A stretch of 64,000 nt of DNA, from positions 2,108,001 through 2,172,000 of the forward strand of contig CAKKNE010000006.1 in NCBI GenBank assembly GCA_918797485.1, in the 5' to 3' direction. The DNA comes from Pelagomonas calceolata (lineage: Eukaryota). Shown here one piece after another: positions 54,917 to 64,000 of this stretch. The notes below the pieces were generated by a model, which saw only the letters and a program-made list of their open reading frames with translations, was not told the DNA's origin and made no database searches. Each line of letters opens with the position of its first letter. Within the stretch, counting starts at the first letter, position 1. Both the position numbers and the translations under genes were made by a program.

Positions 54917-55073
54917 GAATACATAGCAAGCAAGCAGCAACAAGGCGTGTGGCGCAGCAATTGCCTGCAACGCGGTGCTACGAAGTCGTCGCTTCTGCAG
55001 TACTCGGTGCTACGTAGTGGCTGTCGCTTCTGCACTACTCGTCGTCTGGTGAACGCTGCACCCAGCTGCGCAA

Positions 55074-56333
55074 ATGGCGAGAAGGCTGCTGCAGACCGTC
55101 GCCTGCGCCGTCGCCCTCAGGCCGCCCCATCAAGGGCTACGCCAGCCGACGCGACGACCCGCGACGCTCGCGCAACCGACGACGACGACGGTAGAGGTGG
55201 ACTTGGGAGATCGGTCCTACCCCATCTACATCGGAGACGGGTTGCTCACCGAGGACGCCGCGACGGCCTCTCAGTACCTCCAGACCCACGTGAAGGGCTC
55301 GCAGGTGTTGATCGTCACCAACGAAATTTTAGATAGGTTAGGATATACGCAACGAACGAAAGCGGCCCTGGAGTACGGCGACTCCGGACTGAGGGTGGAA
55401 ACTCTAGTCCTACCGGACAACGAAGAGCAACCAAGCGAAGCGACAAAAACGCTCGAAAACCTCGGCAAAATCACGGATTATGCCATAGAAAAAGCGTTAG
55501 ATAGGAAAGCGACGTTCGTCGCGCTCGGCGGCGGCGTCATCGGGGATATGGTCGGCTTCGCGGCGGCGTGCTACGTGCGAGGCGTCGACTTCATCCAGAT
55601 TCCGACCACGCTCATGGCCATGGTCGACTCGTCGGTGGGCGGCAAGACGGCCGTCAACAGCAAGTCCGCGAAGAACATGGTCGGAGCTTTCTATCAACCC
55701 GTAGCGGTCGTGGCGGACGTCGGGTCGTTGCGCACGTTGCCTGACAGGGAACTGGCTTCCGGTGTGTCGGAAGTCATTAAATATGGTCTGATCCGAGACG
55801 CGCCCTTCTTCGAATGGCTCGAGGATAATATAGAAAAGGTACTTGAGAGGGACTCGGAAGCATTGATCGAGACCGTCGAGGCCTCGTGCCGGAACAAGGC
55901 CGAGGTCGTCGCGCTAGATGAGAAGGAGGGAGGTGTGCGAGCGACATTAAACCTAGGACACACCTTCGGCCACGCTATAGAAACGAAGGCCGGGTACGGT
56001 ACTTACTTACATGGCGAAGCGGTGGGCATCGGCATGCACATGGCCGCGAAGATGTCGCGGGACTTGGGCTGGATCTCGGACGAGTTGTTCGAGCGGGCCG
56101 TGGCGCTGGTCGCGCGGGCGAAGGTGCCGATCGTGCTACCTCTGGACTCGCCGCTCGACGTCGCGTCGTTCGAGTCGATAATGGCCGTGGACAAGAAGGT
56201 CGCCGACGGCTTGTTAAGGCTGATCCTGCTGAAGGGCGACCTGGGCAATTGCGTGTTTACGGGCGAATACGACCGGGCGGTCCTCAAAGAGACGCTGGAG
56301 CACTTCTGCGATCCCGAAAACCGGAGTAATTAG
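55074..56333 (+). CDS. aroB: 3-dehydroquinate synthase
   Basis: ALGGGVIGDMVGF, PTTLMAMVDSSVGGKTAVN, LNLGHTFGHAIE, LHGEAV. Confidence 0.97.
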   Translation: MARRLLQTVACAVALRPPHQGLRQPTRRPATLAQPTTTTVEVDLGDRSYPIYIGDGLLTEDAATASQYLQTHVKGSQVLIVTNEILDRLGYTQRTKAALEYGDSGLRVETLVLPDNEEQPSEATKTLENLGKITDYAIEKALDRKATFVALGGGVIGDMVGFAAACYVRGVDFIQIPTTLMAMVDSSVGGKTAVNSKSAKNMVGAFYQPVAVVADVGSLRTLPDRELASGVSEVIKYGLIRDAPFFEWLEDNIEKVLERDSEALIETVEASCRNKAEVVALDEKEGGVRATLNLGHTFGHAIETKAGYGTYLHGEAVGIGMHMAAKMSRDLGWISDELFERAVALVARAKVPIVLPLDSPLDVASFESIMAVDKKVADGLLRLILLKGDLGNCVFTGEYDRAVLKETLEHFCDPENRSN

Positions 56334-56373
56334 TAAATATGACACACACAGACTTAGCCGCGCGTCGAAGGCG

Positions 56374-57357
56374 TCACGACGGCGTCGTCGTCGTCGGGGC
56401 CGCGACCGCGGCGACGAGTTCTGCGACGGTCGCGACGACGCGGTGGCGGGCGTCGGAGCGCGTGCCAAAGGCATGCGGGGCGCTCACCTTTCGAATCAAG
56501 GCCCCGGCCTCGCGCGCGCGGTCGACGAGCGGGCCTTTGGCGGCGCACCAGACGTCCGGCGGGTCGTCGAAGAGCACGAGCCCGGCGGGGTACGGCCCGT
56601 CGAACGGCTTGTGCAGCACCCGCATTTCATCTCTGGCGAGGCCGAGCATCGTGACGACATTGCCAAAGCCACACATGGTTTCGGCAGTAACATCTTCGTG
56701 GACGCGATCCATACCGGCCGTCGCGCCGGCCGCGCGGAGGAGGCGGCGTCGCACGACTTTCGGAACTATACCGAGTAATGTAGAGAAGGACGCGAGCGAG
56801 AAGGCGAGAACGGGCGCGAGCGGCGACGTCACGAGCCGTCTAAGTTTTCGGAAGGCCGGATCGGCTTCTCTGTTTTCCAAGTAAGGCGTGACGCACACCA
56901 CAGGGACGTCTCGTTGTGCTTTCAGCGCAAAATAACCACCGATGCTGTGACCGACGACGACCAACCGCCGACCCTGGCCCTCGGCGAGCGCGCGCTCGCC
57001 GTCGATCGCTCCGGCCACGTGTTTAATCTGCTCGTCCACGGAGAATGCACCCCTGGGTCTGTTCAGCGCCCAGCGCGACGCGTCGCCCCACCAGTGTCGT
57101 GAGACTCGCCTACCGTCGACGAAGCCGCGGAGCCCGAGAACAGTGACGTCGCCCCGCGTCGCATCCGCCAATTCCTGCGCGGCGGCGGCGTAGAACCGCG
57201 CCACGCCCGGGTTTCCGCCCACGAAGAGGACGCGCGGGCCGTCACTGCCGCCGGTATGCCGCAGCACGTCGAAGTCCTTCTCGGCCGACCGGGCTCGGTC
57301 GAAGGCCGACGGGAGCGCTCGCACGGCCATAAATGCACCGATGTAGTATAGTGCCAT
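56374..57357 (-). CDS. Lipid-droplet-associated alpha/beta hydrolase (LDAH-like)
   Basis: GGNPGVARFY, FSVDEQIKH, GHSIGGY, DVW, HAF. Confidence 0.8.
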   Translation of the reverse strand: MALYYIGAFMAVRALPSAFDRARSAEKDFDVLRHTGGSDGPRVLFVGGNPGVARFYAAAAQELADATRGDVTVLGLRGFVDGRRVSRHWWGDASRWALNRPRGAFSVDEQIKHVAGAIDGERALAEGQGRRLVVVGHSIGGYFALKAQRDVPVVCVTPYLENREADPAFRKLRRLVTSPLAPVLAFSLASFSTLLGIVPKVVRRRLLRAAGATAGMDRVHEDVTAETMCGFGNVVTMLGLARDEMRVLHKPFDGPYPAGLVLFDDPPDVWCAAKGPLVDRAREAGALIRKVSAPHAFGTRSDARHRVVATVAELVAAVAAPTTTTPS

Positions 57358-57803
57358 GGTGTGGTCCGTTGTCTTCTTGCGCGCGGGCTCAGTGTCCCCC
57401 CTCAGTCGCACGAACTAACCTGCGATCAGGCGCTCCTGCCGCCGCTCCGGCACGGTGCAATCACTGCCCAAGAGTGCTCTCACAGTGTTGCTGCCAGGCG
57501 TGCGCGAGCTCAGCACTTTGGGCCCGCAGCTGCAAGCAGATCTCTGGGCGCTCAATAATACACCACTACGCTAGCGGTCGTGCAGGTACGCTGTGCACCC
57601 TTCAAAAGGCAAGCTCCACCAAGCTCGGCACAGGCGCTGCAGATGCTGAGCACTGCCTACACGGCGCTATTGACGAAGCAGCACCACATACGTAATCAGT
57701 CGAGCCATATAATCACCCTCAGTTCGTCTGCGCAGTCGCTGTCGCATCTATGACTCGCACACCATGTGCTCTCTCATTTGCTGAGTGCCAATAAAAACCG
57801 GCC

Positions 57804-58496
57804 ATGAGGCGGTGGGCCGCAAGCGTACTGCTACTGCTCCTGGCCAGCCCGACGCGCCCGCTCGACGTCGGTCGCCGCGACTTCCTGACCACAATAAGCG
57901 CGGCCACGCAATCACAGACGTGGACGCCGACCGCGTTGGAGAAGCTAACCCTTGCAAGTGCCGCCCAACTCGATCAGCTACCATTCGCGCGCTATCCCGA
58001 CCCGATACTACGGCTCGAAGCGAAGCCGGTCCGGCGCTTCGACGCCGCGCTCGCGAAGACGGTCGCGCTGCTGCGCGCGGCGGCGCGGCGCCACGGCGCG
58101 CAGGGCCTGGCGGCGACGCAGTGCGGCGTCGACGCGGCGATTGTATTACTCGGCGACGAGGCCTTCGTGAACCCCCGCATCGTCGAGCGGTCGCCCGAGG
58201 CCCGTCTACGATGCTGGACGGAGCGGTGCCTCGCGCTGCCGCCGGACGTCCGCGTGGAGACGCTCCGCGACGAGACGTTGACAGTCGCGGCCACCACGGC
58301 CGCGGGCGTTCCCTTCACGACGACGCTGACCGGCGCGGCGGCGCGCCAGTTCTCCCACGAGTACGACCACGCGCGGGGCGTCCTCATCATCGACCACGCC
58401 TACGATGCTGTTGCGTCGACGGCGTTCCCGGCCATGGCGCGGCTCGAGGAGCCGTTCCACACGGAGCGACGACGGCGCGCCTGGGACCGAGCCTAA
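57804..58496 (+). CDS. def: Peptide deformylase (organellar)
   Basis: YPDPILR, GLAATQCG, ERCLAL (EGCLS-like), HEYDHARG. Confidence 0.88.
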   Translation: MRRWAASVLLLLLASPTRPLDVGRRDFLTTISAATQSQTWTPTALEKLTLASAAQLDQLPFARYPDPILRLEAKPVRRFDAALAKTVALLRAAARRHGAQGLAATQCGVDAAIVLLGDEAFVNPRIVERSPEARLRCWTERCLALPPDVRVETLRDETLTVAATTAAGVPFTTTLTGAAARQFSHEYDHARGVLIIDHAYDAVASTAFPAMARLEEPFHTERRRRAWDRA

Positions 58497-58510
58497 CGTT
58501 GTATGTGTTG

Positions 58511-59074
58511 TTACTTTGCTTTCGTCAGCTCCACGCGCAGCGTCCGGTCGAGCTTTCTCCATTTCGCCTTGACGCGCGTGGGGTCCACCGGGCGCTCCAG
58601 GGCCACACGCAGTGGTGCGGCGAGCGCCGCGCCGGCGACGACGAGCTCGTCCGCGTGCGCCGTCAGGTCGAGGTCGGCCGCGCGGCTCACGCCGGGGAAC
58701 GGGCCCAGGGTGACGACGAAGCCGTCCGCTACGGCCTCAACGACTGCGTTTGGTGGTGCCGAGGCGGCCGGTTCGCAGGCTGGTCGCGGCGGTGAAGGCA
58801 TAGCGGCCGGCGGAGATGGCACAGGACCTGCTGGAGCGGCCGGCGCCGTCCGCGGCTCGGGCTTCCGCGGCGCCGCGTCGGACGGAGCCGCGCCGAGCCG
58901 GCGCGGCGGCTCACAAACGACCACGTCCGTGCGCGACGCGAGCGTGCGATTCGTGCCCAGGCGCACGGGCGCCGTGCTCGGCGGCTGCCCATCTAGGCGC
59001 TGCGGCGGCGGGCAGTGCTTCAAATCCTTGTCGACGGCAGTATGCGCATAAAACTTGCCCTGGAGCGCGGCCAT
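58511..59074 (-). CDS. PIH1/CS-domain co-chaperone-like protein
   Basis: FPGVSRAADLDL...LERPVD..VKAKW..RTLRVEL CS-domain pattern. Confidence 0.55.
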   Translation of the reverse strand: MAALQGKFYAHTAVDKDLKHCPPPQRLDGQPPSTAPVRLGTNRTLASRTDVVVCEPPRRLGAAPSDAAPRKPEPRTAPAAPAGPVPSPPAAMPSPPRPACEPAASAPPNAVVEAVADGFVVTLGPFPGVSRAADLDLTAHADELVVAGAALAAPLRVALERPVDPTRVKAKWRKLDRTLRVELTKAK

Positions 59075-59327
59075 GCTTCGCACGCGCCGACGGCGTCGTC
59101 TGGTGGGGGCGTATGGGCAGCCTCGAGTTCGACGCACAGTGCTGTCTCTAGCGCCGCCCCGAATTTAAAAAGCCAGAGCCGGTTCCCACGCCGCAGTGCC
59201 TCGGCCGAACCCTCGCGACGACCCCCGGCCGCAGGCCGCGCTACCTAGATACTACCGCACTCGCCCGGCATTTGCATCCGGAGCGCCCTGAACTTGGGCA
59301 GGGAGCGAGCAGGGAGCGACGTCGAAG

Positions 59328-60702
59328 ATGCACGGGCAGCTCTTAATTCACGCTCTCTGCTGGTGGGCCATCGCGCGCGGCCAGAAAGAAGCGCCCGGGG
59401 AGGGGCCCAATCGGCGGAATGCCCACGCGCCCCCGGAGGTGGCAGCCCCTGAGCCGCATTGGGGCCGCAACGCGGACATCCGCGCGAACCTGCCCTTCCT
59501 GCACCGGCGCGGCCCCGCGAAGAAGAAGCAGGGGCCCGCGGCGGCGGGGGGCCGCGGCGAGGGGCCGGCGCGGAGGGCGCCCGCGCGGCCGCACGTGGCG
59601 CGCCTGGACAAGCGCGACGCGGACCGCGTGCCCGCGTGGCCGCGCGCGAAGAAGGCCCCCCGGCGCGGGCCCGGGAAGGCGCCCCTCCACGGGCCCGGGA
59701 AGAAGCGCGCGCGGCCCCTCAAAGGGCCCGGGAAGGCGCCCCTTCACGGGCCCGGGAAGAAGCGCGCGCCGCCCCTCAAAGGGCCCGGGAAGGCGCCCCT
59801 CCACGGGAAGCCGCCCGGGAAGGCGCCCGCGAAGCCGCCGGCGCCGGCGCTCGACAAGGAGCGGCTCCGCGAGAAGATGCGGGCGCGGAAGAAAAACGAA
59901 GCAGGGCCGGCGCCGCGGAGCGACGGCCAGTGCGCCTGCGAGTGCGAGGCCGCGAGCATCCCGAGCTACGTGGGCGACGGCTGGTGCGACGCCGAGAACA
60001 ACCTGGCGCCCTGCTACGACGGCGGCGACTGCTGCGCGGAGACGTGCAACCCCGACGCCTACTTCACGTGCGGCATCGCGGGCTACTCCTGCGACGACCC
60101 GAACGCGGCGGCGTGCGCCTCGCGGTCGGGCTACGCGTGCGAGTCCGTCTTCGGCGAGGCGACGTGGGCGCCGTGGACCTACTACTACGGCGGCTACGAG
60201 CCCTCGCCGGGGCCCGTGACGGACGACGCGCCGCCGGTGCCGGCGCCGGCGCCGGGGCCCGCGACGATGACGCCCAGTTACTACTACTACGGCGGCGGCT
60301 GGCGCGACGACAACAACACGGTGGCCGACTGCGTCGACGGGGACGACTGCTCGGCCTACTGGGTCGGCGACGGCGTCTGCGACGGCGTGGACCAGGCGTA
60401 CGGCTGCGACTTGACGTGCTACGAGAACGACGGAGGGGACTGCGACACTCCGGCCTTTACGGACTGGGGATTTCAGCAGGGGTGGTGCTCCAGCGAGCTC
60501 GACGAATACGTGGGCAGCGTTTATAGTATCGAGGAATGTTGGGGCCTGTGCGAAGACACGTACGGCAGCGAGCTCGTGGCCGTCAACCGGGACCAGAACA
60601 ATTACTGCTACTGCCAGCACGACTGCCAGTGCCTCGACGAGGGCCACGGCGGCGGCTACTACGTCGCGACGAGCGACGCGATCCCCGAGCTGCCCGGCCC
60701 GT

Positions 60703-60734
<32 letters not shown>

Positions 60735-63700
60735 AGCAGCTCGCTGGCCGACTGCGCCGCCGACGGGGACGACTGCCCGGCCTACTGGGTCGGCGACGGT
60801 GTCTGCGACGGCGTGGACCAATGGGACGGCTGCGACCTGTCCTGCTACGATCAGGACGGCGGCGACTGCTGCGACGGCTACGCGTGCACCGCTGACGACG
60901 ACTGGGGCACCTGGGACGACGGCGACGACGCGTCGTACGGGGGGGGCTCTGTCGACGACTGCTCGGGCGACGGCGACTCGTGCCCCGAGACCTGGATCGG
61001 CGACGGCCTCTGCGACGGCCTGGACCAGGCGTACGACTGCGACCTGTCCTGCTACGAGCGCGACGGTGGGGACTGCTGCGACGGCTACGCGTGCGCCGCT
61101 GACGACGACTACGGCTACGGCTACGGCGGGTCCTGGACGCCCCAGTTCTCCTACAGCTACGAGGGCGCGTGCCCGGCGTCGTGCTACGGGAGCTCCTGCG
61201 ACGTCTGGACCATGTACGGCTACACCTGCGCGAGCCTCGAGGGCGATTACGACTGCGACTGCTCGGGCTGCGCGTGCGAGGAGTTTGATTTTGATTGGGG
61301 GTACGGCTACGGGTCCAACGGAGACGATTATGCGGGAGACTGCGCGGACGCCAACGGCTACGACTGCTGCGCCGCCGCCATCCCGAGCTACGTGGGCGAC
61401 GGCTGGTGCGACGCCGAGAACAACGAGTCCCCGTGCTTCGACGGGGGGGACTGCTGCGAGTCGACGTGCGTCACCAACGCTTACGAGTGCGGCTTCAACG
61501 GCTACGCGTGCCGCGACCCCAGCACCTACGACTGCGACGCGGCGGCGGACGCGGCGAGCGTCGGCGACGGCACGTGCGACGCCGCGAACAACGTGGACCC
61601 GTGCTACGACGGCGGCGACTGCTGCGCCGAGACGTGCGTCGGGAGCGCGTGCGGCAATTATCAGTGCGCGGACGTCGCCATCCTCTCGCAGCAGTGCGAC
61701 GAGGCCATGGCCTGCAGCGCGTGCGGGACGGGCTGCTCGTGGTGCGCCGCGGACCTCGTCTGCGCGGCGTCGAGCGACCTGCCGACCCTGGAGGAGCTCC
61801 AATGGTCGGCGCCGGCGGCCACGTGCGACGCGACGCGGGCCGACTACTCCGACACGGGGGCGTCGTGCCCGGCGCGCGACGACCCGGTGGAGGACCCCTA
61901 CTACGAGGCCGCCGCCTGGTATTTGGAAGCGATCCGCGCGCCCGAGGCCTGGGCCGCGGGCTACACGGGCGCGGGCGTCCAGATTTTGGTGAACGACAAC
62001 GGCGTCGACAACACGCACCCCGACCTGGCGAAGCTCGACGTCGCGAACTCCTGCGACGTCTACGCGCCCTCCGGCTGGGACGCGCACGGCACGGTCTGCG
62101 CGTCGCTGGCGGCCGGCGACGCGAACTCGCACTGCGGCGTCGGCGCCGCGCCGGGCGCCGGCATCGCGTCGTGCACGATGATGGGCGCCAACTTAGCCTC
62201 GGAGTACTACGACGGGAGCTTCATCTCGCACCACCACGACGTCAACGACATCTCCTCCAACAGCTGGGGCTACGACCTCTGCGAGCGCCATTCGTACTCG
62301 GCGAGCTGCCCGTTCTCGTGCCCCTCGGGCACGTCGTCCTGCCCCTGCGACGTGTGCGACGGAGACGACTGGTCCAGTGGTGATCTCTCGTCGTCCTGCG
62401 AGGCCGCGGTCGTGAGCTACTGCTCGTACTACTTCAACAACGACGTGACGCCCTGTTTGGAACTGGACCACTACTTCGTCCAGTGCGGCTACAGCCAGCT
62501 CTCGACCGCGGCGCACGACAAGCTCGTCGAGGGCACGACGGCGGGCCGCGGGGGTCTAGGTATGGTCTTTGTCTTCGCGGCGGGCAACTCGTACGACGTC
62601 GGCCAGGACGTGAACTACGAGGGCTACCAGAACTCCCGGTTCACGATGAGCGTCGGCGCGCTCGGCCAAGACCTCAAGCACGCGTCTTACTCGTCGACCG
62701 GCGCGCCGGTCTTCATCAGCGCGCCCGGCGGCGACTCGGAGAACTACCACGGCATGCTCGCCGCGCAGCCGCTCTCCCACGGCCTCACCGATAATTGTGG
62801 CGACGCCGGCATGGGCACGTCCTACGCGGCCCCGCTCGTCTCCGGCGTCGTGGCGATGGTCCTCGAGGCGAATCCCAATTTGACGTGGAGGGACGTGCAA
62901 GGCGTGCTGGCCTCGACGGCGACGCGGCCCCACGAGGACGCCGAGGACCAGTGGACCACGAACCAGGCCGGCGTCAAGCACAGCTACAAGTACGGGTTCG
63001 GGCTCGTCGACGCGCTGGCCGCCACCGCGGCGGCGACGACCTGGACGACCTGGGGCGCGGAGTTGACGCTCATGACGCAGACAGTGAGCGGCGAGGCCCT
63101 GGTCGACTTCGACGGCGCCGAGCACTGGGTCGAGTCGGAGGCGGCGGCGTTCGGCTCGTCGGAATTTGTGATAGAGGGCGTCGCGGTCTACGTGACCATC
63201 AAGCATCCCAGGCGAGGCGACCTGCGGATCGAATTGGAGAGGAACGGCGTGACCTCGCTGCTCACGGACGACAAGCTCGAGTTCGGCACGCGCTACACGC
63301 ACCACAAGTATACCACCCTGAGACACTGGGGCGAGCGCGCGGACGAGGGCGCGTTCACGCTCCGCGTGGCGGACCGGAGAGCGGGGAGCGGCGACGACGA
63401 CGACCTCGGGTCGAACTACTGGGCCGAGTACTACGCCGACGACGACGGCGACGACGACGGCCTCCTGGTGTCGTGGACGCTCCAGCTCTACGGCCACGAC
63501 GGCGACCCGACGACGCAGGAGACGCCGCAGCCGACGCTAAGCCCGCCCACGATCACGCGGTGGGGCAGCGGCCAGGGCTGGTGCTACTCGGACCTCGACT
63601 ACTACATCGGCGGGTACAGCGGCGACGAGTGCTGGCGTGAATGCGAGGCGATCTACGGCGCCTCCCTCGTGGCCGTCAACTGGGACACGGTTGGGGGGGA

Positions 63701-64000
63701 GGCCAGTTGCTCCTGCCAGAACGACTGCCAATGCATGTTGCCTGTGGGCGACGCCGGTTTCCTCGCGACAGTGGAGGCGGTCGCGGAGCTCCCGGGCGCG
63801 TGCGACGACTCGGTCGACTCCGAGAGTGAAAACCAGGGCGGCACCGACGTGGCGGACTGCTCGGGCGACGGCGACGCGTGCCCCGAGGCCTGGGTCGGCG
63901 ACGGGTACTGCGACGGCGCGGACCAGGTGTACGACTGCGATTTGACCTGCTACGACAACGACGGCGGCGACTGCGAGCCCCCGCCGACGGCCTGGGAGCC
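59328..64000 (+). CDS. Large secreted kexin/furin-like S8 protease with LNR (Lin-12/Notch)-like repeats and P domain; 3' end outside window (absent from the ORF track)
   Basis: Signal MHGQLLIHALCWWAIA; repeats VGDGWCD..NN..C.DGGDCC; catalytic NDNG, HGTVCA, FAAGN, GTSYAAP; NLTWRDVQ; HPRRGDL P domain. Confidence 0.9.
59668..59830 (+). repeat. 57-nt coding tandem repeat (GPGKAPLHGPGKKRARPLK), ~2.5 copies
   Basis: Direct repeats of GGCCCGGGAAGGCGCCCCTYCACG plus GGCCCGGGAAGAAGCGCGCG..CCCCTCAAAG. Confidence 0.85.

Noticed and set aside
59343..63497. Long minus-strand and alternative-frame ORFs (929, 397, 362, 355 aa)
   Set aside because: These are shadows of the high-GC3 plus-strand protease frame starting at 59328.

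Overview
Gene-dense, GC-rich eukaryotic nuclear DNA from a photosynthetic stramenopile. I infer a pelagophyte such as Pelagomonas from an LHC/FCP gene, ASAFAP-type plastid presequences and short GC-AG/GT-AG hairpin introns. About 45 mostly single-exon genes are present, including Tex/SRBD1, kinesin-3, histone H3, two FKBPs, GrpE, TRM13, TAF11, an Omp85-like protein, aroB, peptide deformylase and a large LNR-repeat kexin-like protease that runs off the end. Features the gene list does not explain: (1) a ~22-bp motif, CTAGCGGCCTGTAAGACACTAG, found once in at least 14 upstream or divergent-promoter intergenic regions in either orientation; (2) introner-like spliceosomal introns, two with near-perfect 8-bp target-site duplications and terminal inverted repeats, two of them 3n and stop-free; (3) a three-domain fusion of a B12/siderophore-binding protein, DUF5522 and a PP-loop ATPase; (4) a MYND-RING-TPR gene with orphan 5' and 3' fragments elsewhere in the window; (5) a candidate Pol III small RNA and an unexplained 1.5-kb gene-free island. 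All calls come from reading the sequence; no database searches were run.
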